Shown in pieces: positions 1-8,694 of a stretch of DNA of 64,000 bases. The stretch is from the IMG/VR virus record IMGVR_UViG_3300033977_000108, positions 1 to 64,000 of that record, one strand, 5' to 3'. A program made the position numbers and the translations under genes. Every line of letters begins with the position of its first letter. Within the stretch, counting starts at the first letter, position 1. The notes under the pieces are model-generated. The model saw nothing but the letters and a program-made list of their open reading frames with translations. It made no database searches and had not been told where the DNA came from.

Positions 1-387
1 GCTATTGATAGCGCCGCTCCGGTTCTCTTTGTGCACAGCAGCTGTGTAGAGAGCTTGTTTGCCCTCTCGTCGAGCTTCCTCTCTTCTTCCTCCATCTTTA
101 TTGCTTCTTTATTCCTCTTACTGCAAGGCGAGTCCGACCGCCAGTCAATAGAGAAAATCAGCCAGTAGAAGGAGATACACAGCCATTTTCGCCAGAAGCC
201 TTGTATGATGGAGATAGATACGGTTGGGAGCAGGAATAGCTCATTTGTATCTACAAAGGCGCAGAAGTGCTTGCCGTAGTATGGCTTATACATCTTATTA
301 TCTTGGCGTATTCCGTAGGTGTCTTACTGTCCGCACCAGGAAATACACGCCGGCAAAGTAGATTGCAGTAATCAGAAAACCTAGCAT
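1..387 (-). CDS. Hypothetical membrane protein, partial (runs off left edge)
   Basis: Own translation from ATG at 387: MLGFLITAIYFAGVYFLVRTVRHL..., open to position 1; hydrophobic N-terminus. Confidence 0.55.
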
Positions 388-445
388 TATCCCTAATAGG
401 GCTACTACCACCACCGTTTTTGGACCTCCAACGTGTCGTTAGCTC

Positions 446-646
446 TCATAATGTTCTGTCTCCAGGGCAATAGTTTGCGGGCAAGCCATCTGACAGTTCC
501 GTCTCTCGCAGCCTCTCTTTGACGCACCTAGAGGCGGCATCAATTGCCAGCTCTATTTGCTCGATTGTGGCCTTATCCAGTAGCTGGATCCCAGCTAGGA
601 TTGCGGGCTGTTCATCGAATTGCACGCTAGCACGAATATCTATCAC
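446..646 (-). CDS. Hypothetical protein (66 aa)
   Basis: ORF track; GTGA overlap with the upstream peptide. Confidence 0.55.
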   Translation of the reverse strand: MIDIRASVQFDEQPAILAGIQLLDKATIEQIELAIDAASRCVKERLRETELSDGLPANYCPGDRTL

Positions 647-783
647 TTTGGACCTCCAATGTGGCGTTGGCTCTCTGGAGCCTTACTGCCGAGGTTTCTG
701 CTTCTGCTCGGTTTCGTCGCCCCAGGCCGAACCTTTACCTTCGGTTTCTTGGGCAGTCTAGTCTTTGTGTCAAACGCTGTCAT
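643..783 (-). CDS. Lys/Arg/Pro-rich 46-aa peptide
   Basis: Own translation MTAFDTKTRLPKKPKVKVRPGATKPSRSRNLGSKAPESQRHIGGPK; TAATG and GTGA couplings on both sides. Confidence 0.6.
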   Translation of the reverse strand: MTAFDTKTRLPKKPKVKVRPGATKPSRSRNLGSKAPESQRHIGGPK

Positions 784-965
784 TATCTATGCTCCGGCTG
801 ACATTGGCATTTTAGGACCTTCCAGCCTTCGCCAAGGTTTACGAGCAGGTTCTCCCTGCATTCCTTGTGCCTGCCCAGGTGGCAGAATATGCAGATTTTG
901 CCATAGTCCTTGGAGCGAGCAAATGCCTTGCGCTTTTTTAGGCTGGGCGTCGCATTTATTTTCAC
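783..965 (-). CDS. Small Cys/His zinc-binding protein
   Basis: CIFCHLGRHKEC...CQC pattern; coupled to its neighbours. Confidence 0.6.
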   Translation of the reverse strand: MKINATPSLKKRKAFARSKDYGKICIFCHLGRHKECRENLLVNLGEGWKVLKCQCQPEHR

Positions 966-1102
966 TTATTCTTTACCCTTCCGGCTTTCCTTGTCTTCGG
1001 CTTCTTTGGTTTTGGCATTGCGGGCTTGTCTGTCGGCTTCGGGTGGTATTTACCACCACGGCCTCCAGGGTCAGGCTGGTTGAGCGAGCGTATCTTGCTC
1101 AT
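962..1102 (-). CDS. Lys/Pro-rich 46-aa peptide
   Basis: Own translation MSKIRSLNQPDPGGRGGKYHPKPTDKPAMPKPKKPKTRKAGRVKNK; stop overlaps the next GTG. Confidence 0.55.
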   Translation of the reverse strand: MSKIRSLNQPDPGGRGGKYHPKPTDKPAMPKPKKPKTRKAGRVKNK

Positions 1103-1144
1103 TATGCGAGATTTGCTGTCAAGAAAGATAAGCATCTTTTCCTC

Positions 1145-1318
1145 CTAGTGGCCATGCAATAGCTTTACTATGACCCAGATTGAGAATACGATTACGGCGG
1201 CTGGGATGGCAAATTGGAGTGTGTACAGAACAATCGAAAGCACAAGAATGATGGTGAAATCTATGAAGGATGCTATGCTACTTGCCATTTTATCGAGGAT
1301 TTCCCATACTTTATTCAT
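1145..1318 (-). CDS. Small membrane protein
   Basis: ATGA overlap at 1315-1318; long hydrophobic stretch FTIILVLSIVLYTLQFAIPAAVIVFSIWVIV. Confidence 0.65.
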   Translation of the reverse strand: MNKVWEILDKMASSIASFIDFTIILVLSIVLYTLQFAIPAAVIVFSIWVIVKLLHGH

Positions 1319-1704
1319 TTTGTTTTTCCCCCTGCCAGTGCCCATTTCTTCAGCTTTTCGGCATCTTTTCCGTCGAATAGGCAGCAACCAATCCGTACCG
1401 AGGATGCTCCCATTCTAACTGATGCCCTGCCTGCTATGTTATCCCCTGTCTTGTAGGGTATTGTATAGAGCTCTCTCCGGTTATACCGGTCATACCAGCC
1501 CCGGCGGCTTATCAAGAAAGCTTTGCGGATATCTCTCCTCAAAGCAGAGTATTTTAGATTGCCTTGGTAGCCAGATTCCACCATCCATGTCTTATCCAGC
1601 ACAAAGTCTCCGGCATAGCCGCTGGTAGATGAAAAGACATGAGGCCTGCGTAGTGTGCTTTGCTTTTTGCTCTTCGTGGCGCGTGGTTTCTTTGTAGAAA
1701 TCAT
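1315..1704 (-). CDS. Hypothetical protein, tandem paralog A1
   Basis: Shares blocks with 1701..2063 (KT.MVE.GY.G..KYSALR.DIR.AF; SSV.IGC.LFD..D..KLK.WALA). Confidence 0.8.
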   Translation of the reverse strand: MISTKKPRATKSKKQSTLRRPHVFSSTSGYAGDFVLDKTWMVESGYQGNLKYSALRRDIRKAFLISRRGWYDRYNRRELYTIPYKTGDNIAGRASVRMGASSVRIGCCLFDGKDAEKLKKWALAGGKTK

Positions 1705-2063
1705 CTACCTGCTCCTGCTTCTGCCAGTGCCCACTCTTTCAGCTTTTTGGTATCTTCTTCGTCGAATAGATAGCAACCAATCCACACCGAGGATGCCATC
1801 TTTCTAAACCACGCCCTATTTTCCATGCTATTCCCTACTTTATAGGGCACTGTACTGGTTTCTCCCCGGAAAGCTCTGCGGATGTCTTTCCTCAAGGCAG
1901 AGTATTTCATTGCGCCTTTGTAGCCGAATTCCACCATCCGTGTCTTACCCAGTACGAAGTTCCCGGGGCCGCCGTTGAGAGCTGAGAAAGGGTGCGTATG
2001 AAGCTTACGCGGTTTGCTTCGCTTTTTGCTCTTTATAGCGTGTGATTTCTTTGTAGAAGTCAT
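1701..2063 (-). CDS. Hypothetical protein, tandem paralog A2
   Basis: Paralog of 1315..1704; ATGA coupling. Confidence 0.8.
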   Translation of the reverse strand: MTSTKKSHAIKSKKRSKPRKLHTHPFSALNGGPGNFVLGKTRMVEFGYKGAMKYSALRKDIRRAFRGETSTVPYKVGNSMENRAWFRKMASSVWIGCYLFDEEDTKKLKEWALAEAGAGR

Positions 2064-2304
2064 CTACTTGCTCCCGTGTAAGGATTATAGCATTATTGTC
2101 GTTCGGGTCTCGGGCGAGATTCCCCTCGCCCAGTATCCGAAGCTGACCGTGCTTATCAATCCTAAATGATACCAGTCCGGCGAGGGTTCTCTCCTCGTCC
2201 AGTATAGTCCTTGAAGATCCTGAGGCTCCAATAGAAAGCCTGTAAACCCACAATGCCGCACCAACAACGATAACACCCAGCCAGATAGTCTGCTCACTCG
2301 TCAT
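2005..2304 (-). CDS. Hypothetical membrane-anchored protein
   Basis: Start MTSEQ at an ATGA overlap; N-terminal TM IWLGVIVVGAALWVY. Confidence 0.6.
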   Translation of the reverse strand: MTSEQTIWLGVIVVGAALWVYRLSIGASGSSRTILDEERTLAGLVSFRIDKHGQLRILGEGNLARDPNDNNAIILTREQVDDFYKEITRYKEQKAKQTA

Positions 2305-2774
2305 TCTTTGCCTCCTCTTATTTCTGCGAGCTCGGCCTTGGTCAAACGCACATTCTTGCCTTTTCCTTCCCTGATAAGTGATGTGGCATTCCATTCCTCC
2401 GGCGAATTTGTTATGTCAATCCACATCACTTTGTCGGGGAGTAGTTTGTAGCAGTCTTTGTAGCCAGGCCCTGATTCGGCTGGGTACAGGTTGCGCCATA
2501 GCTTCCCTGTTGCGGCGGCCTTATACAAGATAGCCAGTATGTCCTGTGGTCTATCGCACTCTGCTTCAATGTAGGAAAGATTGACGCCATCCTCATCGAG
2601 GGCGTCCACAAAGACGAAGTAGGCCCGCATTCGGTATTTCATCTTCATTTGATACTCCGTTTTTGCGTGCGGGGGCGGCTGTCCAACGAATGCCTCTAGC
2701 TCGTGGCTTCGCCTCATGTTGGACGGGCCGCCCTGGTCAAAGGTGATACGACCTACTACTTGTTCCTTAGTCAT
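2301..2774 (-). CDS. Hypothetical protein (157 aa)
   Basis: ORF track; coupled on both sides. Confidence 0.7.
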   Translation of the reverse strand: MTKEQVVGRITFDQGGPSNMRRSHELEAFVGQPPPHAKTEYQMKMKYRMRAYFVFVDALDEDGVNLSYIEAECDRPQDILAILYKAAATGKLWRNLYPAESGPGYKDCYKLLPDKVMWIDITNSPEEWNATSLIREGKGKNVRLTKAELAEIRGGKE

Positions 2775-3307
2775 TCTGTTTTACCTTCCACATTGATTAT
2801 CACGCTCTTGATTGGAATGGGCTGTGAGGATACATGGACAATCTGCCCGCCAGTCAGGAAGTGCTGATGGTAGGTTCCACGCACATCCCACCAATAAATG
2901 TAGTCCCCAGAATCTCCATAGGTGCCATCATCGCCAAGTACCTCAGTGGTGGATTGTTGATTACCGGCAAAGTCTATCATAAAGCCCATGCCTTGAACAG
3001 TTGATGGCGTAAGTCTTTTATGGCTACTGGTTACTTTGCCGTTTACAGTTGAGTACAGGATAACCTGCCCGGAATAGGGGCTGATGATATACAGGTGTTT
3101 TATGGAGCCGGGCTTATTATCCTCTAATAGTCTACGGCTAGCATTTCGCTGTTCTACTGTTAGTCCATCCGGGCCGGTTGGCACCTTCACAGTTGTTTTC
3201 GTCAGGCCCGACGAGGACCTTGGCTGGTTACAGCTATCGTCAAAGCCGCAGAATGTAAAGCAGGCGGCCAATAGTAGACTTATCGCTAGTATTTTACCTT
3301 TCTTCAT
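2771..3307 (-). CDS. Predicted lipoprotein
   Basis: MKKGKILAISLLLAAC lipobox-like signal; SD GGAG. Confidence 0.7.
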   Translation of the reverse strand: MKKGKILAISLLLAACFTFCGFDDSCNQPRSSSGLTKTTVKVPTGPDGLTVEQRNASRRLLEDNKPGSIKHLYIISPYSGQVILYSTVNGKVTSSHKRLTPSTVQGMGFMIDFAGNQQSTTEVLGDDGTYGDSGDYIYWWDVRGTYHQHFLTGGQIVHVSSQPIPIKSVIINVEGKTE

Positions 3308-3316
3308 TGCTCCTCC

Positions 3317-3772
3317 CTATTCATCAACGTATTCGCGGTATTCCCGCGGCAATAGTTGATTGGCGCCCTTCGGCAATTCTCCTACATTGCAGAAGCGCCA
3401 GTTGATTTTCGCCATTTCGGCGTTATACTCGGCCGCCAGCTCATTGTAGTTGAGTTTTAGCCCAGAGTATTCTTGCTCCCAAATCATTGCCTGCTCTCTG
3501 GCTGTGCGGTCAAGTTTTCCTTCCTCCTCCAGCTTATGATAGCGGGCGAGCCTGTTTTTGTAGATGTCCAAGCCCGCTTTCTTCGCATCCAAGGCTGCGG
3601 AGGCATCTTTGAACCATTCGTATTTCTTCAGTAGAACTTCTGGGTCTATTTCCTGCTTAGCTACTTCCACGGCCCGGCCGCCAAACCAGGTGGCCGTATT
3701 TACTATACCGAGGATTACAGCAAGCAGGACGATGCTGGCAAAAAGCCCAGTAAAGATGAAGAGCTTCTTCAT
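3317..3772 (-). CDS. N-terminal TM plus helical/coiled-coil membrane protein
   Basis: TM LFIFTGLFASIVLLAVILGIV followed by helical YNELAAEYNAEM; SD GAGGAGG. Confidence 0.75.
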   Translation of the reverse strand: MKKLFIFTGLFASIVLLAVILGIVNTATWFGGRAVEVAKQEIDPEVLLKKYEWFKDASAALDAKKAGLDIYKNRLARYHKLEEEGKLDRTAREQAMIWEQEYSGLKLNYNELAAEYNAEMAKINWRFCNVGELPKGANQLLPREYREYVDE

Positions 3773-3796
3773 TATATTCCTCCTCTGATCATTTCG

Positions 3797-3884
3797 TCTC
3801 CCATAAAATGGAGAATGCTGCCCCTATGCTTGGCGGCTGCGCGCGGCTGAGCCACACGCAGCAATAACACAGGGGCAGCACTCC
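3797..3884 (-). other. Long intergenic stem-loop (processing site or terminator-like)
   Basis: TGCTGCCCCT (3816-3825) pairs with AGGGGCAGCA (3871-3880); the inner 12-bp hairpin has G-U pairs only on the minus strand. Confidence 0.6.
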
Positions 3885-3903
3885 CGAACTGGAGATTGTG
3901 CCG

Positions 3904-5085
3904 CTACTCTCTTTCCAAATAGGCTTTGGACTTGGCTTTTAGTATAACCCGTCCAATAGGCGATTGGTATCGCTCGTGCTTGGGCCGGATTACTATGCCC
4001 TCCATTATGGCCTGGCTTGGCCATAGAAAGGAGGGCTTTTCGGCCAGCTCTAAGAGAAGCGCTTTATCATAAGGTCCATGATAGACGACAGGGGCCCACA
4101 GCGGCCCCAGCCACCGTTCTGTATCTATCGTGTCTGTAAAGCGCAGGATAAGACTAACGGCATCATCGAAGTCCAGCCACTTCCCATTATACCTTATGTC
4201 AAATGGCGCAAAGCCGATGTCTTTATTACTCATTACGCCGTATGGCTTTGGGCCAGTGCCCTTTGTGGTGCGTATTCCCGGTCCATAGAGCTCGCCATAC
4301 AGGCAATGGTCTGGATGAGAACGGCAGAAATCTTCAGCCCACTTATGCTGGCGCAAAGCATGCCACCAGGCATTGTCGCCCTTCGCTTTCCACTGCCGGT
4401 GGCTACCGCACCACATTCGCCCATTGTGGAATAAGTAGCGAGCATTGGCGCCATCCACCTTCTCCGTGGCTATCACGATTTCCCCGGGCTTGAAGACATC
4501 GGCATAGCGATGGAAGTTTTCTATGTCATAGATGGGGAGGTCCATTTCTGGGCCGTCCTCTTGCAGCCCGCCAAGCAGCTTGGGATGCGTGATGCCTAAT
4601 GCTCGCAATACCTTGAAAGTAAGGAACTTAGCCCAGCTCTTCAAGGTCTTTGGCCTTCCACCTTTAGCTCTGGGCGGTCTTTCGGAGTTCCCGCCTTCCA
4701 GTTCGGGCGGGTTCCAGTGAGTGATACCAAGAAGCTCCCCTACATCATCCCCCTCCTTGGCGCCAGGCGGAGCTGGAATAACGAGGCCTTGGGAGAGGAC
4801 ACCTTTGAAGCGTTTGACTTTGATACGCCGATACTTCTCTGGTATTTGGCAGGCGAACGCTCTCTCCGCCAAGGCTTTCTTGTTATTCGCCCAGAGGAAG
4901 TTGAAGGTGCTATTCTCTGGGACGACCGAGTCTGGCTCAATGTAGGCTACCAGGTCCCCTTCCTTATAATCGGCCAGGCCGACTACGAAGATAAAATCGT
5001 GTAGCTTGGTCAGGCCTATCTTGTCGGCGCCTGGGATGCGCTCAATCTTACCTATCTTGAATACTTCTACTGGACTGTAGCTCAT
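3904..5085 (-). CDS. rnl: ATP-dependent RNA ligase, Rnl2/DRB0094-type with N-terminal OB-like domain
   Basis: N-term IERIPGADKI..YKEGDLVAYIEPDSVVP; motif I TEKVDG, III YGELYGPGI, IIIa FAPFDI, IV EGIVIRP, V ILKAKS. Confidence 0.9.
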   Translation of the reverse strand: MSYSPVEVFKIGKIERIPGADKIGLTKLHDFIFVVGLADYKEGDLVAYIEPDSVVPENSTFNFLWANNKKALAERAFACQIPEKYRRIKVKRFKGVLSQGLVIPAPPGAKEGDDVGELLGITHWNPPELEGGNSERPPRAKGGRPKTLKSWAKFLTFKVLRALGITHPKLLGGLQEDGPEMDLPIYDIENFHRYADVFKPGEIVIATEKVDGANARYLFHNGRMWCGSHRQWKAKGDNAWWHALRQHKWAEDFCRSHPDHCLYGELYGPGIRTTKGTGPKPYGVMSNKDIGFAPFDIRYNGKWLDFDDAVSLILRFTDTIDTERWLGPLWAPVVYHGPYDKALLLELAEKPSFLWPSQAIMEGIVIRPKHERYQSPIGRVILKAKSKAYLERE

Positions 5086-5282
5086 AGCAGATACAAGTCA
5101 AAGTCTTCATAGAGATCGTACAGATTGTCAGCATCCTCGTCTTCCAGTTTGCTCAGTAGTGTCAGTGCACTCTCTTCTCCTGTAGCAGCCGGGTATTTAT
5201 CGGCTAATTCTTTCAAGTACTCGGAAAGCTCTTTCGCCATTTTTCCTGCTTTATTCGATTCCTTCTTGGTTGGCTTTTTCAT
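5082..5282 (-). CDS. Hypothetical acidic/basic small protein
   Basis: ORF track; ATGA overlap. Confidence 0.6.
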   Translation of the reverse strand: MKKPTKKESNKAGKMAKELSEYLKELADKYPAATGEESALTLLSKLEDEDADNLYDLYEDFDLYLL

Positions 5283-5291
5283 GTGATTCCC

Positions 5292-5825
5292 TTACGGGGT
5301 ACCTCCTAAGGATGGGGGCGGGAGTTGAAAAGCGTTCTCCTTCTCAAATACTTCTGCCAGTACTTTGTCGGCGTATTGCTCCGCATCTATTTCGCACGGC
5401 CTTTGGTTATAGGGCCGGAAGTCGATAGGTGAGCAATCATGCTCTCCAAACTGTATCTGTTCCGCATGTCTCACTTCGTGGGCTATCGTATCCAGTTCCA
5501 TCCAGGGTGTGTCTCCGCAGATTACGATTTTGTGGGCAAGCCCATACAGGCGGCCGGAAATGCCATCATCGCAAATGCCGTCTGTTAGGTAGTAAACATC
5601 GTATTGTGGGGTTGTAGGGTCGGCATTCAGCCTATTCAGCGTTTTATTGAAGGTAGGCGAGTTCTCCAGCACGCAGAAACTGGCCAGGGTGCGGATGTTG
5701 TGTATTACAAATACAAACTCATTGCCGCGCTTCGGCCGGTAGTATCTAACAAGTATCAGGCCGGCCAGAATCAGCAGAAGTAGTAGTCGGGGCCACTGCA
5801 GCGGGCTCCTCGGAAACCATCTCAT
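5292..5825 (-). CDS. Membrane-anchored zincin-like metallopeptidase
   Basis: SD AAGGAGG before MRWF; TM LLLLLILAGLILV; AHEVRHAEQ ... YNQRPCEIDA. Confidence 0.7.
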   Translation of the reverse strand: MRWFPRSPLQWPRLLLLLILAGLILVRYYRPKRGNEFVFVIHNIRTLASFCVLENSPTFNKTLNRLNADPTTPQYDVYYLTDGICDDGISGRLYGLAHKIVICGDTPWMELDTIAHEVRHAEQIQFGEHDCSPIDFRPYNQRPCEIDAEQYADKVLAEVFEKENAFQLPPPSLGGTP

Positions 5826-6780
5826 TTCCTTCCTCCTTTGGTGCCTTGTCTTCGGTGGCAGCTTTCGCTTTCTCCCTTTCAATGAGTTTGTACTCACTAT
5901 CCGGCCAATCCCGCCATACCATCGGGAAAACCTTGATACCATTGGCTCTCCATACCAGCTCTATCACGCTGGGCCGGTCGTCAATGGCAAACAAAATCCT
6001 GTCCTTTGGAATGTATTTGAGCATCCAGTTCTTTAGTTGATAGTCAGGCCTGCGGTCTCCGCGCGGCCGCATAAACAGGCGATTATAAGGTACCTGGTAC
6101 TTGCCCAGCCACTCTTCCGTCTGCTTGCTGTAGGTGCTGGGTCGGCCGGATACCAGGAAGATGGCAGTGTCCGGGCTTGTGATTATGTCATTCAGCCACG
6201 CGATTACGGGCTTCAACGGCTGGTCATAGGCCATGGCGCCGAAGAAACCCTCATAGTCCTTTGGCGTCTGCTGGATAAACCAGAGACGGCCAGAGGGGTT
6301 GGCTATGGTCCCGTCTATGTCGCAGATTACGATGTCATGGTAGGGTGTATCCAATTCGGGCACCAAGCCGTAGCGAAGGGCCATTGTTTCTATGGCAGCC
6401 CTGCCCAGTTGGCTGGAGCCAGTACGATTGCGGTCATTGAACAGGCAGCTACTAAGTCCAACGGATATGTAGTCAATGAGTTCCAAGTTATAGTTCCCCA
6501 GCCGACAGAACTCCTTCCAGGCATTCTGGGTCTGTACGGACAGATTGGTATCGTCAACCACAACATTATATCCGCTTTTCAGGAAGGCTTCAGCCATAGC
6601 TATCTCGCCTTTGGCCACCGCCTTCTCTTTTCCCGGCGTGAACTTATCCGGCGCGCACATCAGGCGCATAGCGTCCCTATTCACGCGCATGTAGGTACGG
6701 TCTCGTTCAATGATGTATCTGGCTCGGCAGGTCTTGCCGGAGCCGGGAAGACCAACCAGTAGCTTAACCGTTAGGGGCAT
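5746..6780 (-). CDS. pseT: Polynucleotide 5'-kinase/3'-phosphatase (T4 PseT-like)
   Basis: P-loop GLPGSGKT, VNRD, VVVDDTN; HAD ICDIDGT, VSGR, LFMR..D.RPD..K, IDDRPSV. Confidence 0.92.
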   Translation of the reverse strand: MPLTVKLLVGLPGSGKTCRARYIIERDRTYMRVNRDAMRLMCAPDKFTPGKEKAVAKGEIAMAEAFLKSGYNVVVDDTNLSVQTQNAWKEFCRLGNYNLELIDYISVGLSSCLFNDRNRTGSSQLGRAAIETMALRYGLVPELDTPYHDIVICDIDGTIANPSGRLWFIQQTPKDYEGFFGAMAYDQPLKPVIAWLNDIITSPDTAIFLVSGRPSTYSKQTEEWLGKYQVPYNRLFMRPRGDRRPDYQLKNWMLKYIPKDRILFAIDDRPSVIELVWRANGIKVFPMVWRDWPDSEYKLIEREKAKAATEDKAPKEEGNEMVSEEPAAVAPTTTSADSGRPDTC

Positions 6781-6967
6781 TTATCTTCTCCAGTTTGTGC
6801 AGTCTTAGCAGGGCCGTGCAGATGTCTATACCAAGAATGGCAACCTTCACGGTCGAACCATTCAATCTGGCCTCGTCGAACTCCCTTTCGGTCTTTTCGA
6901 TGAACAGCCTGAGTTCGGTAATCGGCATCTCGTCTATGATTTTGGCTATTTCGGTTGCATAGTCCAT
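6764..6967 (-). CDS. Hypothetical protein
   Basis: ORF track, helical. Confidence 0.6.
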   Translation of the reverse strand: MDYATEIAKIIDEMPITELRLFIEKTEREFDEARLNGSTVKVAILGIDICTALLRLHKLEKINAPNG

Positions 6968-6971
6968 GTTA

Positions 6972-7361
6972 TTAGTCCGCGATGATTATCGGATTTTCTC
7001 CGCAAGCCGTGACTTTGGCCATAATGGAGCTGACCAAGGCGAACTCTTCCTGTTCCCCGGTTCCGACATTGGCAGCGCACTCCTGATAGTACTTGACCCA
7101 CAGTCCCTGAAACACATTGAATAGAGGGCGAGTGAGGATGATGGTAGTACTATCGTGTCGGGCGGTGTCGGAAAGCACACGCTCTATGGCATTTATGTCG
7201 TCGTTCATGTCAACGCCATAGAACTTGATGTTGCTCCATTGATCTCCCGATTGTCTCGCCCAGGAGGCCTGGCGTATGGATTGCCAGACGCTCTGGAGGA
7301 GGTTGAACTCTTCTTCTGTAAGGGCAAGTGAAAACATTTCTCTCATGGTATCACCATCCAC
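6972..7361 (-). CDS. Hypothetical protein
   Basis: ORF track; tiles the operon. Confidence 0.65.
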   Translation of the reverse strand: MDGDTMREMFSLALTEEEFNLLQSVWQSIRQASWARQSGDQWSNIKFYGVDMNDDINAIERVLSDTARHDSTTIILTRPLFNVFQGLWVKYYQECAANVGTGEQEEFALVSSIMAKVTACGENPIIIAD

Positions 7362-7367
7362 TGGTTG

Positions 7368-7631
7368 TCATTCTGTCCTCTTTCCATCAGTCTTTACAAG
7401 CGGGTGCCACTCCCTTGTCTCTCTCCGCATCGTCCCGTCTCCCCTGTAGTCGAGCTTTGCGGCTTCTTCCAGTAGTATCTGTACGCAGTCCGTGGAAACA
7501 CTGTCCCTGAGTACATCGTCCAGGAATACATAGATAAGGTAGTCTCCTCGCTTATCAATGTTATGAGCTTCCTTAATCCTGGCCTGTACTCTCAAACTCA
7601 AGGCATCCAGCAACCCGTGAATTGGTATCAT
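7368..7631 (-). CDS. Hypothetical protein
   Basis: ORF track; tiles the operon. Confidence 0.55.
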   Translation of the reverse strand: MIPIHGLLDALSLRVQARIKEAHNIDKRGDYLIYVFLDDVLRDSVSTDCVQILLEEAAKLDYRGDGTMRRETREWHPLVKTDGKRTE

Positions 7632-7858
7632 CTACTCTTCCTTGGGAGGATTGGGTAGACAGCCTGGTTGCCGTATGGATACTTTTTCAGTCCTTTGCCT
7701 TGCTTTGGGACGGATTTCTTCTTCTCTTTGCCCCCGCCAACTGGGCGAAGACCAATCTGTGTCCCGCGCCTTTTGGCATAGCCTTTGGGTTTCTTGCCTT
7801 TGGGGTTACTATGTGCCTTGTTCAGCCCTTGGTCGGTAAATTCGTCCGTGGGCATCAA
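7628..7858 (-). CDS. Lys/Gly-rich basic protein
   Basis: KGKKPKGYAKRR..GKEKKKSVPKQGKGLKK; start site uncertain. Confidence 0.5.
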   Translation of the reverse strand: MMPTDEFTDQGLNKAHSNPKGKKPKGYAKRRGTQIGLRPVGGGKEKKKSVPKQGKGLKKYPYGNQAVYPILPRKSR

Positions 7859-8204
7859 TAAGGCCGGTCCTTCTACCAATATATCTCCCATTTCCGGGTG
7901 CCTCCTCTACACCCGCTGCTCTCAGGCAGCGGATGAGCATCCTGTAGAAGTTGTCATTAATACTGTTGTGGGTCCTTGGGAGTTCATCGCCCATGTACCG
8001 AAGCAACTCCTGCAGGTCCTTACCTTCCTTCGGGCGGAGCACAAAGCGGGGGATTACCCAGAACCCGTACTCTCTGATGTGGACCCGACCGGAAGACCTG
8101 TCTACTGCGTCGATTGTGCCATTGTGCAGGTATGGAAATCGGTCATAATCCCAGAACGCCCGATTCCCAAGCCTGAATGGCTGTTTAGTTGGCCCTTTTA
8201 GCAA
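7809..8204 (-). CDS. Hypothetical protein
   Basis: AAGGAG SD 6 nt before TTG at 8204. Confidence 0.55.
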   Translation of the reverse strand: MLKGPTKQPFRLGNRAFWDYDRFPYLHNGTIDAVDRSSGRVHIREYGFWVIPRFVLRPKEGKDLQELLRYMGDELPRTHNSINDNFYRMLIRCLRAAGVEEAPGNGRYIGRRTGLIDAHGRIYRPRAEQGT

Positions 8205-8577
8205 AGTCAACTCCTTGTAGCAGCCGAGCCTTTTCAATATCCTCGGGCGTAGAATTCTTGAATGCGCAGGTAGCACGCGCGCAGAGGCCTCTGGCATCAT
8301 GTCGCTTGCGCAGTATGCTTACAAGGACATCATAGGGCATCTGTTCAAGGCGCCCTATCGGCTTGTCCTCTCCTATGAGCATCCCAGCGAACGGACCAGA
8401 AGCGTATCTCTCCACGGCAGCCGGCTCTGGATTGGCATCCCCAATAGGCAAGTGGACGATGTTATCAGGGTTCTCGTGGGCCAGCTTGGGACGAAACCGA
8501 GACATCTTGGCCCTCTCTTCGGCGATGTGATTAGCTTTGTCTTGTAGTTCTTCAAGGGTTGGGTGCTTCCTTGACAC
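8185..8577 (-). CDS. Hypothetical protein
   Basis: ORF track; GAGGG upstream of the GTG start. Confidence 0.6.
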   Translation of the reverse strand: MSRKHPTLEELQDKANHIAEERAKMSRFRPKLAHENPDNIVHLPIGDANPEPAAVERYASGPFAGMLIGEDKPIGRLEQMPYDVLVSILRKRHDARGLCARATCAFKNSTPEDIEKARLLQGVDFAKRAN

Positions 8578-8579
8578 GT

Positions 8580-8681
8580 TTAGTCCCTCTCACATTTGGG
8601 GCATAAGAGATGCCCACATTTGCACATTACATTCTTGAGCCACTGGGTAAGAACCTTCCTGAAACACTTGCAGCAAATCAT
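8580..8681 (-). CDS. 33-aa Cys-rich micro-protein (half-RING-like)
   Basis: Own translation MICCKCFRKVLTQWLKNVMCKCGHLLCPKCERD; exactly fills the gap between neighbours. Confidence 0.6.
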   Translation of the reverse strand: MICCKCFRKVLTQWLKNVMCKCGHLLCPKCERD

Positions 8682-8694
8682 GACCATTTTTTCC

